A stretch of DNA of 64,000 bases, taken from positions 3,104,001 through 3,168,000 of the forward strand of contig OY759746.1 in assembly GCA_963662795.1 (NCBI GenBank), given 5' to 3'. Under the pieces are notes generated by a model, which was not told the DNA's origin, searched no databases, and saw nothing but the letters and a program-made list of their open reading frames with translations. Numbering within the stretch: the stretch's first letter is position 1; each line of letters opens with the position of its first letter. Positions 1 to 10,188 of the stretch are shown one piece after another. Origin of the DNA: Spirochaetia bacterium. GTDB lineage: Bacteria; Spirochaetota; Spirochaetia; CADAEX01. A program made the position numbers and the translations under genes.

Positions 1-1682
1 TTATAACAAAAGGTGCGACCCGTGTTGCAGAGGTAGCGGCACGATTTACTCTTGACGGAATGGTTCAGAAACAGATGTCGATCGACGCAGAACTTGCGAG
101 CGGGGCACTTACAGAAGATGAAGCCCTTAAGAAGAGAAGACATTTGCAGAAGGAAGTTGATTTTTACTCTGCTATGGACGGTGCCTCAAAATTTGTATCA
201 GGCAACGTCAAGGTCGGCATTCTTATAACATTTATCAATGTTATCGGAGGAATGATCGTCGGGATGGTTTATCACGCAGAGTCTTTTGGTCTTGCCCTGA
301 ATAATTATATATCACTGACAATAGGTGACGGCCTTGTCACCCAGTTCCCGGCGCTGCTTATTTCCACGGCAACCGGTATTATTGTAACCAGATCTATTTC
401 AGACGGCAGCTTCGGAAGTGACATCTCTGACCAGTTTTCCCAGGAATCCCGTGTTTACTGGATCTCGTCAGTATTTCTTTTTGTTCTGGCATTTCTTCCT
501 GGGTTTCCCTGGTATGTTCTTATTCCGATGGCTTTCCTTACAGGTTTTGCCGGTTACAGGCTTTCCAGAAAGAAAATGCTGCAGGAAGCGCAGAAGACCG
601 AGAAAAGTGATGAGAGACAGAAAGAATCCTCCAGTTTCGAGATCCCGGGAATTGAGCCGCTCGACCCGCTGTCGCTTGAGCTCGGCTACGGCCTTATCCC
701 TCTTGTAGACAAGGAAAAAGGGGCGGACCTTCTTGAAAGAATTACAAGAATCAGAAGGGAAACTGCGGCAGAGCTTGGGCTTATTGTCCCCAAAATACGT
801 GTCAGGGATAACATGAAGCTTGAACCTTCCGAGTACTGTTTTAAAATTAAAGGTGTAGATATCGGTAAAGCATCCATAAGAATGAACCATTATCTGGCAA
901 TAAATTCCGGAGGAATTGAAGAGCCTGTCCCGGGAGAAAAAACTACAGATCCTGCTTTTGGTCTTCCCGCCCTCTGGATAACTGAAGAAGAGAGGGAAAA
1001 GGCGGAACAGGCAGGATATCTTGTTGTTGATCCTCCTTCAATTATTGCAACCCACCTTACAGGAATAATCAAAAAATATGCCTCTGAAATACTTGGAAGA
1101 CAGGAAGTGCAGTCAATACTTGATTCCCTTCATGATAAATATCCGGCAATAGTAGATGAAGTAAAAAAAGCAGTTTCACCCGGCGAAATCCAGAAAGTGC
1201 TTCAGAATCTCCTTAAGGAACAGGTTTCCATCCGCAATATGGTTGCCATTCTTGAAACAATAGTTGATTTTTCAACAGTTTCAAGGGATGTAACATTTTT
1301 GACAGAGAAAACCAGACAGGCTATAGGCAGGCAGATTTGTCTGCAGTATGCTGACGAAGATAAACAGCTTAATGTAATAACGATTAATCCGGATATTGAA
1401 TCAAAAATAATTGAATCACGGGTAGAAACAGTTGACGGCAATGTGCCGGTGCTTGACAGGGAATTTCTATCTTCTTTTATTAATGCAATATCAAATAAAC
1501 TGATGTCTCTCAAGGAAGTTAATAAGACAATTGTAATTCTTTGTTCGGAAGAAGCAAGAATCCTTGTCAGAAAATGTACTGAGAGGGAACTTCCCGGTAT
1601 TCCTGTTATTTCTGCAAGAGAACTTACAGGCGATATCGGATTTGAAGTTCAGGGAGAGGTGGATTTTGCATTACAGAATTAA
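1..1682 (+). CDS. flhA: Flagellar biosynthesis protein FlhA (5' end outside the window)
   Basis: Frame is open from position 3: ITKGATRVAEVAARFTLDGM...KQMSIDA (FHIPEP signature), then FYSAMDGASKFV, LTIGDGLV and ELGYGLIPLVD. Confidence 0.97.
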   Translation, partial: ITKGATRVAEVAARFTLDGMVQKQMSIDAELASGALTEDEALKKRRHLQKEVDFYSAMDGASKFVSGNVKVGILITFINVIGGMIVGMVYHAESFGLALNNYISLTIGDGLVTQFPALLISTATGIIVTRSISDGSFGSDISDQFSQESRVYWISSVFLFVLAFLPGFPWYVLIPMAFLTGFAGYRLSRKKMLQEAQKTEKSDERQKESSSFEIPGIEPLDPLSLELGYGLIPLVDKEKGADLLERITRIRRETAAELGLIVPKIRVRDNMKLEPSEYCFKIKGVDIGKASIRMNHYLAINSGGIEEPVPGEKTTDPAFGLPALWITEEEREKAEQAGYLVVDPPSIIATHLTGIIKKYASEILGRQEVQSILDSLHDKYPAIVDEVKKAVSPGEIQKVLQNLLKEQVSIRNMVAILETIVDFSTVSRDVTFLTEKTRQAIGRQICLQYADEDKQLNVITINPDIESKIIESRVETVDGNVPVLDREFLSSFINAISNKLMSLKEVNKTIVILCSEEARILVRKCTERELPGIPVISARELTGDIGFEVQGEVDFALQN

Positions 1683-1703
1683 AAAACCGGAGCAGGTGAA
1701 GAT

Positions 1704-2831
1704 ATGAATTATTTTTCAGAGCAGGGATTGTCCTATTCAGAAGTAATAGACAGATTAAAAAATAAGTACGGCGAAAATATCAGAATTTTGAGTCATAAAA
1801 CTGTAATGGTGGGAGGGTTTCTGGGACTATTCAAAAAAGAAGGTGTTCAGATTGACGGATATGTGTCTCAGGACCCTTTTCAGAAGAAAAATCCAAAGCT
1901 TGAAGAGGAAAAGGAAAAGCTTATACAGACTGCGAAAGGGACAAATACGTTGAGTGAAGTACTAAAAACAGTTAATGAAATAAAGATAAGACTGGATGAA
2001 GGGACTTCACAGCAGGAAGGAAAACACGAGACAATAAACCGTGTAGAAAAGATTCTTATGAAAAATGATTTTTCTTTTTCTTTTATAGGTATGATGTCTG
2101 AAAAAATTAAAAAGAACATTTCTCTTGATGATCTTGATAATTTTAATTATGTGCTGAAAAAAGTGCGGGAATGGATACGGGAGCTCATCTATATTCTTCC
2201 TGATAAAAATCCGTTGACAACCCCCAGAATATTTATTCTTGTAGGTCCTACAGGTGTCGGTAAAACCACGACTATAGCGAAACTTGCGGCAATTAACGCG
2301 CTTGGGATACAGACCAAACCGTTATCAGTCAGAATTATCACAATAGACAACTACAGGATCGGGGCAAGAAAACAGATTGAAACCTATGGCGAGATCATGA
2401 GCGTGCCAGTCGTATCTGCTGAAAATTTTGATCAGCTCAGAAAATATATAGCGCTTTACAGTGAGGATGTGGACCTTGTTCTTATTGATACAATAGGAAA
2501 AAGCCCGCATGATTACAAAAAACTTGCTGAGATGAAAGAGCTGCTTGATGCCTGCGGCACAACTTCCGAGTTTCATCTTGCAATCAGCGCAATTACAAAA
2601 GTTTCTGATATTTTTGAAATAATGCAGCAATTTGAATCTTTTAAATACAGTTCTGTTGTTGTAACCAAGCTTGATGAAACCTGCCATGCGGGAAATATAA
2701 TCAGCGCACTTTATGAAGCCAGAAAGCCTGTGTCATATATTACAACAGGGCAGAATGTCCCTTACGATATTAAATATGCAACAGAAGAGTTGTTCCTTGA
2801 ACACCTGGGTGAATTCAATACTGTAAAATAA
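1704..2831 (+). CDS. flhF: Flagellar SRP-family GTPase FlhF
   Basis: GPTGVGKTTTIAKLAA, DNYRIGA, DTIG and TKLDET motifs; directly follows flhA. Confidence 0.95.
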   Translation: MNYFSEQGLSYSEVIDRLKNKYGENIRILSHKTVMVGGFLGLFKKEGVQIDGYVSQDPFQKKNPKLEEEKEKLIQTAKGTNTLSEVLKTVNEIKIRLDEGTSQQEGKHETINRVEKILMKNDFSFSFIGMMSEKIKKNISLDDLDNFNYVLKKVREWIRELIYILPDKNPLTTPRIFILVGPTGVGKTTTIAKLAAINALGIQTKPLSVRIITIDNYRIGARKQIETYGEIMSVPVVSAENFDQLRKYIALYSEDVDLVLIDTIGKSPHDYKKLAEMKELLDACGTTSEFHLAISAITKVSDIFEIMQQFESFKYSSVVVTKLDETCHAGNIISALYEARKPVSYITTGQNVPYDIKYATEELFLEHLGEFNTVK

Positions 2832-2846
2832 GGAAAGGATAAGTGT

Positions 2847-3740
2847 ATGGAAACAAAAATGATAGACCAGGCTGAAAATCTAAGAATGATGGTTCAGCAG
2901 AAAACTGAATCAGACGAAAAAATGAGCGGAAGAGAAACAAAAACACGTATCATAACTGTATCAAGCGGAAAAGGAGGGGTAGGCAAAACAAATCTCTCCA
3001 TAAATCTTGCAATTGCCTATTCTCAGATCGGCAAAAAAGTGGTTCTTCTCGACGCTGATCTTGGTCTTGCAAACGTAAACGTTATTCTGGGGATAATTCC
3101 TGAATATAATCTTTATAATCTCATTAAGAACAACAAAACAATGAAGGACATCCTGATTGATACAAAATGCGGAATACAGATTATTGCAGGTGCATCAGGA
3201 TTTTCTAAAATAGCTAATCTCGAAAATGACGAGAGGAACAGATTTATATCAGAAATGAGCGAACTTTCATTTGCTGATATAATTATTATTGATACAAGCG
3301 CAGGCGTTTCAAACAACGTCCTTTCGTTTATTGCAGCGGCAGACGAGGCCGTAATCATAACAACACCTGAGCCTACAGCAATAACCGATGCATACGGGAT
3401 TATCAAGATCATATCCACAGAACTGATAGATAATAAAATAGGTATTAAACTTGTTGTGAACCGTGTGAAATCTGTTACTGAAGCCAAAAAAGTAGCTCAG
3501 CGTGTTGTGAATATCGCCGGACAATTTTTAAACACAAAGGTTGATTATCTCGGGTATGTCTATGATGACCCTATAGTTCAGAATGCTGTACTCCGTCAAA
3601 AGCCGTTTATACTTACAGACCCCAAATGCAAGGCTTCAATTTGCCTGAGACATATTGTGAGCAGGCTTGAAAATATAGAATACAGGGAAGGAACAGGAGT
3701 TGGTAACTTTCTTAAGAAATTTATCACAAAAAACAGTTAA
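2847..3740 (+). CDS. flhG: MinD/ParA-family ATPase FlhG (FleN)
   Basis: N-terminal DQAxxLR, SGKGGVGKTN, DADLGLAN and TTPEPTAITDAY; follows flhF. Start may be 2859. Confidence 0.93.
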   Translation: METKMIDQAENLRMMVQQKTESDEKMSGRETKTRIITVSSGKGGVGKTNLSINLAIAYSQIGKKVVLLDADLGLANVNVILGIIPEYNLYNLIKNNKTMKDILIDTKCGIQIIAGASGFSKIANLENDERNRFISEMSELSFADIIIIDTSAGVSNNVLSFIAAADEAVIITTPEPTAITDAYGIIKIISTELIDNKIGIKLVVNRVKSVTEAKKVAQRVVNIAGQFLNTKVDYLGYVYDDPIVQNAVLRQKPFILTDPKCKASICLRHIVSRLENIEYREGTGVGNFLKKFITKNS

Positions 3741-3798
3741 AACAATATGCTTGACTGCTATAATTTTTTAAAATACTCTTATTTAAGGGAGGTTAAGG

Positions 3799-4431
3799 TT
3801 GCCTGATTTAAAAATATTATTAATTATTTCCATTCCTGTTTTTATCTTCATGTTTTTTCTGGGAATTTTAAGCGGAAATACTTTACTAATAGTTTTTGGG
3901 CGTTCTTTAGCCGGCACCGTATTACTGGTGATTATAATAACAGCTGCGATTGCTGTTATGAAAAACATAATCTCAGGTGTTCCATTGAAAAACAGCGGTA
4001 AAAAAGAAAACACAGAAGACCCCAATCCTGAATCGTTTGATGTTGTTCTTGACGGGGAAAATCCTTATGAAAGTGAAAATACAATAACCAGCAATTATTC
4101 AATTGATAATGAGGAAGAAGAACCAGATATTTCCGGTAGTTTTATTGAAGAGGTTGAGGAGGAAAGTATAGGAGATATCAGCTTTATAGACAATCCTGAT
4201 GATTCGGAAGATACAGTTGAAGTTATGAATGACAGCGGGGTGAGTGACCAGGGTTTTAATAATGGTGTATTGCCGGAAATAGACAGCAACCCGCTTGTAT
4301 TTGATAAGGCTGAAGGCAGCAGAGCCAAAAATATAAATAATGATTCATTAAATATTCTGGGTAATAATATTGATGCAGGCACAATGGCTAAAGCAATTAA
4401 AACAATCCTGACAAGAGATGATAAAGGATAA
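3799..4431 (+). CDS. Hypothetical membrane protein (two N-terminal TM helices, acidic tail)
   Basis: TTG start after GGGAGG; hydrophobic N-terminus, acidic linker and C-terminal MAKAIKTIL helix; lies between flhG and fliA. Confidence 0.75.
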   Translation: MPDLKILLIISIPVFIFMFFLGILSGNTLLIVFGRSLAGTVLLVIIITAAIAVMKNIISGVPLKNSGKKENTEDPNPESFDVVLDGENPYESENTITSNYSIDNEEEEPDISGSFIEEVEEESIGDISFIDNPDDSEDTVEVMNDSGVSDQGFNNGVLPEIDSNPLVFDKAEGSRAKNINNDSLNILGNNIDAGTMAKAIKTILTRDDKG

Positions 4432-4434
4432 AAT

Positions 4435-5223
4435 ATGGCAGATAAACAGACAACAGAAATAAATGAGCATGAACTCTGGCTGAAATACAAAAAAGATAAA
4501 AACCAGAAGCTTCGTGATTATTTTATCAGGCAATACGCACCACTTGTTAAATATGTTGCAGGAAAGGTTGCCATAGGTATGCCTCATAATGTTGAATTTG
4601 ATGATCTTGTCGGTTTTGGTGTTTTCGGTCTGTTTGACGCTATCGAAAAATTTGATCCTGAAAAACATGTCAAGTTCAAGACCTATGCAGTAACCAGGAT
4701 AAGGGGTGCCATTTATGATGAATTAAGGTCTATAGACTGGGTTCCCCGTTCCGTAAGGCAAAAGACAAGGGAAATTGAAGAAACTGTCCACAGTCTTGAA
4801 GCAAATCTGGGAAGATCGGCTACCGATTCCGAGATAGCCGCAAAAATGGGTATTTCAATTGAAGATCTCAACAAAAGCATCCATAAAATCAGCACATCCT
4901 CGATATTGTCGCTTAATGATTTGTGGTATACCGGAGAAGATAACGATAAAGTGTCAATTGTCGACAGCATAGAATCTCCGCAGAGTCTCAATCCTGATAT
5001 TATCGTAGAAAAAGATGAAATAAAAAAAGTGATTGTGCAGGCTATCAGCGAACTTCCCGATAAGGAAAAAAAGGTCCTTGTTCTTTATTATTATGAAGAT
5101 CTTACCTTGAAAGAGATTGGAAAGGTTCTTGATGTAACTGAATCAAGGATTTCGCAGCTGCATACCAAAGCCATTCTCAGATTGAGGTCAAAACTGACGA
5201 GTCTTAAAAAAGGAATTATGTAA
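4435..5223 (+). CDS. fliA: Flagellar sigma factor sigma28 (FliA/WhiG)
   Basis: [38 protein letters not shown] and region 4 [21 protein letters not shown]. Confidence 0.96.
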   Translation: MADKQTTEINEHELWLKYKKDKNQKLRDYFIRQYAPLVKYVAGKVAIGMPHNVEFDDLVGFGVFGLFDAIEKFDPEKHVKFKTYAVTRIRGAIYDELRSIDWVPRSVRQKTREIEETVHSLEANLGRSATDSEIAAKMGISIEDLNKSIHKISTSSILSLNDLWYTGEDNDKVSIVDSIESPQSLNPDIIVEKDEIKKVIVQAISELPDKEKKVLVLYYYEDLTLKEIGKVLDVTESRISQLHTKAILRLRSKLTSLKKGIM

Positions 5224-5227
5224 TATA

Positions 5228-7177
5228 ATGAAAGAACTCCTTACAATCGGGGAATTCAGAAATTACATGAAGGAACTTGCCTTGCGTGACAGCAGCGTAA
5301 AATCTGTTCAGGTTTCTGCTGCTACAATCGAAGAATGCCTTGAACAGGCAGCAATTGAACTTGGCACAACTATTTCAAAACTTGAATATGAAGTAATAGT
5401 AAAGGGTTTTAAAGGCCTGCTGGGTATGATGAAAAAGAATTTTACCCTTGTAGTCTATAAAATACAGGACAGGAAAGAAGAGCAGTCCGGAATTGAAGAT
5501 TTTGGTACTGATGAATTTGTGGAAGATCCTGAAATAGTAAATAAAGACGGCGAAGTTGTGGTTACATTATATAAGGGTAATGTACTTATAAAGGTGCTTC
5601 CGCCAATGGGAAGAGGAAAAAAAGCTACACCGGAGGCTGCATACAATAAGCTGAATGCCAGAAACGTAAAAGATTATGACAAGACATTTATTTCAAAGAT
5701 AGTAAAACTTGCGGATGCTATGCAGGTCAAGGTGGGAACCTTTGATCATATTCCTTCCAACGATTCAATTATTTCGCTGAAAATTGAAGAAAACGATATG
5801 AAAGCATATATAACCGTTACTATGCCGGGAAACGGGGGAAGTGATCTGGGAAAGGATACTGTTCTTTCATTTTTGAAAAATAACATGGTTATTTATGGTG
5901 TAGATGAGCAGAAGCTTGAAGATTTTTTGGATCATCCTGTATACGGCAGCCGTTTTCTTGTTGCAGAAGGATCAGTTCCTATAAACGGAAAAGATGCTGA
6001 AATTATCTATAATTTCAATATAGAAGCAACACCTTCATTTTTAAAAGAAAAAAATGGCCGTATTGATTTCAGGGACAAGAATCTTGTACAGAATGTGGTT
6101 GAAGGACAAGTCCTTGCAGAAAAAATTCCGCCAGAGAAAGGAAAAAAAGGAAGGACTGTTACAGGTAAAACGCTTGATGCCAAAGACGGTATAGATAAAG
6201 AACTTAAAATCGGCAATAACACAGTGCTTTCAAAGGACGGCCTGAAGGCGATTGCCTCATGCAACGGGCAGGTTCTTCTTGTAAATGAAAGAATTACAGT
6301 CGAAAATGTATATATGGTTGAAGGGGATGTAAATCTGACTACAGGAAATATACACTTTCTCGGAACAGTTGTTGTTAAAGGGAATGTTGAGGATGGCTTT
6401 TCTGTAAAGGCAACCGGCAATATTGAAGTTATGGGTAATGTAGGGAAATGCAATCTCGATGCAGTAGGAAATATACTCGTCCATCAGGGGATTAACTGCC
6501 GCGGGGAAGGGCTTGTTAAAGCAGGAAAAGGCGTAGTAGCCAAATTTATTCAGAATTCATATGTCCAGGCGGGAGAGATTGTTTTTGTTTCAGATGGTAT
6601 AATCAATTCCTATGTTGATTCAAACAGCAAAATAATCTGTAAAGGTAAAAGAGCTACAATTGTAGGTGGAAAACTGAGGGCAACAGAAGAAATATCTGCA
6701 AAAACATTCGGTTCTATGGCAGTTGGTTCAACCGAGATTGAAGTCGGGTTTGACCCGAAAAGCAAGGAAAGGCTGCTTGGACTGGAAAAGGAAAAAGAAG
6801 CGCTTGAAAAAGAACTGGATGAAATAGACAGAAATCTTGTAACTTTAGAAAATTTAAAAAAGAAATTAAGGGATAAGTTTCCGGAAGATAAACAGCAGAT
6901 GCTTGATGAAACAACAAACAGAATTGAATCAATTAATGAGGAACTTAAAGAACTTGCTGCCGAAAATGAGGAAATTTTCAAGCATATTCACTCCCTCAAA
7001 GCAGTGGGAAGGGTATCAGCATCCGCGACAGTATACCCCGGAGTAAAAATAACCATCAAGGATGCCAGGCTTGATGTTAAAAACGAACTTAAAAGATTAA
7101 CATTTGTAAATGAAGATTCAATAATTAAAACAATAAAATATGAAGAGCCTGAGGATGAATCTTTCGAGGAGGATTGA
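5228..7177 (+). CDS. FapA (DUF342) flagellar assembly protein with an N-terminal Jag_N-like domain
   Basis: DUF342-like motifs (GRIDFRDKNLVQNVVEGQVLA, GDVNLTTGNIHFLGTVVVKGNVEDGF, IVGG, VYPGVKITI) plus a coiled coil; downstream of fliA. Confidence 0.88.
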   Translation: MKELLTIGEFRNYMKELALRDSSVKSVQVSAATIEECLEQAAIELGTTISKLEYEVIVKGFKGLLGMMKKNFTLVVYKIQDRKEEQSGIEDFGTDEFVEDPEIVNKDGEVVVTLYKGNVLIKVLPPMGRGKKATPEAAYNKLNARNVKDYDKTFISKIVKLADAMQVKVGTFDHIPSNDSIISLKIEENDMKAYITVTMPGNGGSDLGKDTVLSFLKNNMVIYGVDEQKLEDFLDHPVYGSRFLVAEGSVPINGKDAEIIYNFNIEATPSFLKEKNGRIDFRDKNLVQNVVEGQVLAEKIPPEKGKKGRTVTGKTLDAKDGIDKELKIGNNTVLSKDGLKAIASCNGQVLLVNERITVENVYMVEGDVNLTTGNIHFLGTVVVKGNVEDGFSVKATGNIEVMGNVGKCNLDAVGNILVHQGINCRGEGLVKAGKGVVAKFIQNSYVQAGEIVFVSDGIINSYVDSNSKIICKGKRATIVGGKLRATEEISAKTFGSMAVGSTEIEVGFDPKSKERLLGLEKEKEALEKELDEIDRNLVTLENLKKKLRDKFPEDKQQMLDETTNRIESINEELKELAAENEEIFKHIHSLKAVGRVSASATVYPGVKITIKDARLDVKNELKRLTFVNEDSIIKTIKYEEPEDESFEED

Positions 7178-7497
7178 TGTCAATACAACCGATAGACCTT
7201 CAGACTCTTTTTGTTAAAATGAATCAGGTGGGGAAGGAACAGGCTGTCAGCAAGGAAAGTATAACGCTTCAGCAGGAAATCCAGGGAAGTGAAATAGTTA
7301 AAAAAAATCAGCATGATGATAATAGTGTTAACAGAACCGACAGCTCAGACAGCGGTCCGGAAAAAACAAAGGAAGATGGAGAGGGTGAAAAAAACCAAAG
7401 TCAGGGAGAGCATAAAAAGGGTACAGATGGAAAACAAAAAAATCATGAAATTCTTTTTGACCCTGATCTCGGCAGAAACATTGATATCAGCGGATAA
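7177..7497 (+). CDS. Conserved hypothetical flagellar-operon protein
   Basis: TGATG stop/start overlap with fapA, GAGGAGG RBS; MSIQPIDLQ N-terminus and LGRNIDISG C-terminus. Confidence 0.75.
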   Translation: MSIQPIDLQTLFVKMNQVGKEQAVSKESITLQQEIQGSEIVKKNQHDDNSVNRTDSSDSGPEKTKEDGEGEKNQSQGEHKKGTDGKQKNHEILFDPDLGRNIDISG

Positions 7498-7503
7498 TCT
7501 TCC

Positions 7504-8031
7504 ATGCTCATAATAATAACCTTGATAGTTAATACGTTAGCATTATTTCTTATTTTCCATTATTTTAAATGGAAACTGACAAGTTATAATTTTCTTGATG
7601 GTTTCGAAAAAAAGAAAGAAGAATTTAAAGATGAAATAGATGAGATTATTATTGAAATTAACAGGACAACAGAGAGAAATTTACAGATTCTGGAAGCAAA
7701 AATAAATCAGCTTAATGAAATTACAGCCAGATCAGAAAAAATGTTCAATGCCCTTAAAAAGCAAAAGAATACTGATGAAAGTACAGAGGAAATATTTCAG
7801 AAGCTAGAGAAAAAAAGCATCAGCGACAGGATTGAGAAGCTGGGCAGCTCCCAGAGTTCGGGGCCGACGCATCCGGCAGGAGCGGCTGAAAGCGCTGTTA
7901 CAAGGGAAGATATCAGACATAAGGTCATGTCAATGTATCAGAATGGTATAGATATTGAGCTAATATCCAGGAATCTCGGTATTACTTCAGGTGAGGCTGA
8001 ATTAATAATATCAATAAATAATATAAAATAA
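7504..8031 (+). CDS. Membrane-anchored coiled-coil protein with C-terminal HTH-like motif (SwrB/DUF6115-like)
   Basis: N-terminal TM, coiled coil and C-terminal GIDIELISRNLGITSGEAELII; at the end of the flagellar operon. Confidence 0.65.
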   Translation: MLIIITLIVNTLALFLIFHYFKWKLTSYNFLDGFEKKKEEFKDEIDEIIIEINRTTERNLQILEAKINQLNEITARSEKMFNALKKQKNTDESTEEIFQKLEKKSISDRIEKLGSSQSSGPTHPAGAAESAVTREDIRHKVMSMYQNGIDIELISRNLGITSGEAELIISINNIK

Positions 8032-8042
8032 AGTGGAACTGT

Positions 8043-10172
8043 ATGAATAACTTAATGGAATTGTTTATAAGAGACAGTAAAAAATACATAAGCCAGATTA
8101 TTGATTCCCTCATCAATTATGAAAAAGATCCCGGCAGCAAAGATCAGCTTGATACAACCTTCAGAGCAGTTCATTCAATTAAAACTGAGTCCTCTTACCT
8201 GATATTGAATGATATAAAAGATCTTTCACACAGTATGGAAGATGAGCTTGAAAAATTGAGGTCAGGGAAAGAGGTTTTCACAAAAGAAAAATGCAGTGAT
8301 CTTATTGGAAAAGCTGAAAAACTGCAAATTCTGATAGATAAAACCGAGGAGGAAAATTTATCCTGGCCTGAATTAATTGAAGACAGCGGCAGTGAAGGGG
8401 TGCTGAGTATTGCTGTTGATACATCAGAAGATGACTATGGAACAGATGAAAATAAAGATGAAACTATAGAAGAACCTGGATCAGAAACAGATATTGAAGA
8501 TCTCGAGGAAATTGAAGAACTGGAAGAAGAGCCTGAAGAGCTGGAAGAGCTGGCAGAAGATATTATTCCCGAAGAGACAGAAATATCTGAAGAGAAGGTC
8601 CCAGAAAATTCTGAATCCAGTGCATCTGAGCCTCCTGAGGAACATTATGAATTGAACATCCATAATAATGAGCTTATTAGCCGTAAAGCTGAAAGTGATA
8701 TTGAAAATATGGTTAAAAAAGAATTCAATGATTTTCAGATTCAGCTTCTCTCCGATTCAATGAAAAGAGGGGAAAAATTATACAGAATTATTTGTGATAT
8801 ATCGCCGTCAAGCACAATGAAATATCCGCGCCTCTATCTGATTATCAATAATCTTGAGCTTCATACAAATCTTGTTAAAACAATCCCTTCTTTAGATATA
8901 CTTGAAAAGGGGGAAGAAACAAGAATAACCTGTTATATAACTACCAGAAAAAAATACAATGAAATCTATAAAATTATAAATGTTGATGAAGTAAATGATA
9001 TACAGATTATAAATATTCCCTACGAATACCTTTTTCGCCAGGATAAAAAGGAAAAGTCTGCAGATGAAAAGCCTTCAGCAGAAAGGACAATACCTGTAAA
9101 AATCGACCGTCTGGATTTTCTTTTTGTATCAGTACAGTCGATGAGAATATCGCTTTTGCTCAAAGACAACAGGGCGGATTACGTGATTCCTGATTCAATA
9201 CTGGAAACTCTGGAATCAATGGAAAAAAGTATAAGACTTCTAAGAATGGTAAGTCTGTCAGAGGAATTTAAATCTGTACCTGCCGCAATACGGAAGATTG
9301 CATACAGCAAAGGGAAAGAGGTCAATATTGTTTTTAATGACAATGGCGTTGAGATAGACAGGAGTATTTTTGAACTTATTTACGACCCTGTAATACATTT
9401 ATTCAAAAATGCTATTGATCATGGAATAGAAACAGTAGAGGAACGGCTTGAAAAATCCAAAAACCGCAGCGGGAAAATTGTCTGCAGCTCATATTCAGGA
9501 AGCGGGTACCTTGTTATTGAAATTACGGATGACGGTAAAGGGCTTGACCTTAACAAGATTGCAGAAAAAACCGGTTATACAATAACAGAACTTGCAGATG
9601 AAAATAGAATTGTTTCAATACTGACTGCACCGGGATTTACTACTAAAAAAGATGCTGATGAACATTCAGGACGCGGATTCGGGCTTAATCTTGTAAAGGA
9701 AAAAATATCAAAAATTGAAGGTGCGTCACTTGAAATAAAAACAAACCCGGGAAAGGGAACTTCAGTCCGTATAAAACTGCCTGATAATTATATTGCAAGA
9801 AAGGTTTTATATTTCTTAAAAGAAGGCAGGGTGACGGCAGTTGATTCAGAAAGTGTTGAGGCTGAAGCTAACGATGTTGGCGCACATCTTAAACAGAAAA
9901 ATAATGGACAGCTGTTCTACAAAGAAATTCCGGTATATACAAAAGACGGCATCGTTTTTTCCGGCGGCCCGGGGATCAAAAACAGCAAGGGAATAATCAT
10001 TAAAAATAACGGGAAAAAAGGGCTGCTGCTTGCGGATAAAATACTCTTTACGCAGACCATTCCCGCAGACAGGCTATATCTTTTGCACTCCGACCTTCCA
10101 TATCTTTATATGATGCGTGTTGCAGGTATGGAAAGGGAATATCTTTATATTGACAGTTCAATACTTGAATAA
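8043..10172 (+). CDS. cheA: CheA-like chemotaxis histidine kinase (divergent C-terminal CheW-like domain)
   Basis: Hpt FRAVHSIK, acidic linker, and HATPase motifs HLFKNAIDHGIE, DDGKG and GFTTK...SGRGFGL. Confidence 0.8.
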   Translation: MNNLMELFIRDSKKYISQIIDSLINYEKDPGSKDQLDTTFRAVHSIKTESSYLILNDIKDLSHSMEDELEKLRSGKEVFTKEKCSDLIGKAEKLQILIDKTEEENLSWPELIEDSGSEGVLSIAVDTSEDDYGTDENKDETIEEPGSETDIEDLEEIEELEEEPEELEELAEDIIPEETEISEEKVPENSESSASEPPEEHYELNIHNNELISRKAESDIENMVKKEFNDFQIQLLSDSMKRGEKLYRIICDISPSSTMKYPRLYLIINNLELHTNLVKTIPSLDILEKGEETRITCYITTRKKYNEIYKIINVDEVNDIQIINIPYEYLFRQDKKEKSADEKPSAERTIPVKIDRLDFLFVSVQSMRISLLLKDNRADYVIPDSILETLESMEKSIRLLRMVSLSEEFKSVPAAIRKIAYSKGKEVNIVFNDNGVEIDRSIFELIYDPVIHLFKNAIDHGIETVEERLEKSKNRSGKIVCSSYSGSGYLVIEITDDGKGLDLNKIAEKTGYTITELADENRIVSILTAPGFTTKKDADEHSGRGFGLNLVKEKISKIEGASLEIKTNPGKGTSVRIKLPDNYIARKVLYFLKEGRVTAVDSESVEAEANDVGAHLKQKNNGQLFYKEIPVYTKDGIVFSGGPGIKNSKGIIIKNNGKKGLLLADKILFTQTIPADRLYLLHSDLPYLYMMRVAGMEREYLYIDSSILE

Positions 10173-10188
10173 AAATTCTGTGCAGGAA

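Noticed and set aside
8430-8640. GAAGA-rich repeat as a separate DNA element
   Set aside because: Fully explained by the Glu-rich linker of CheA.
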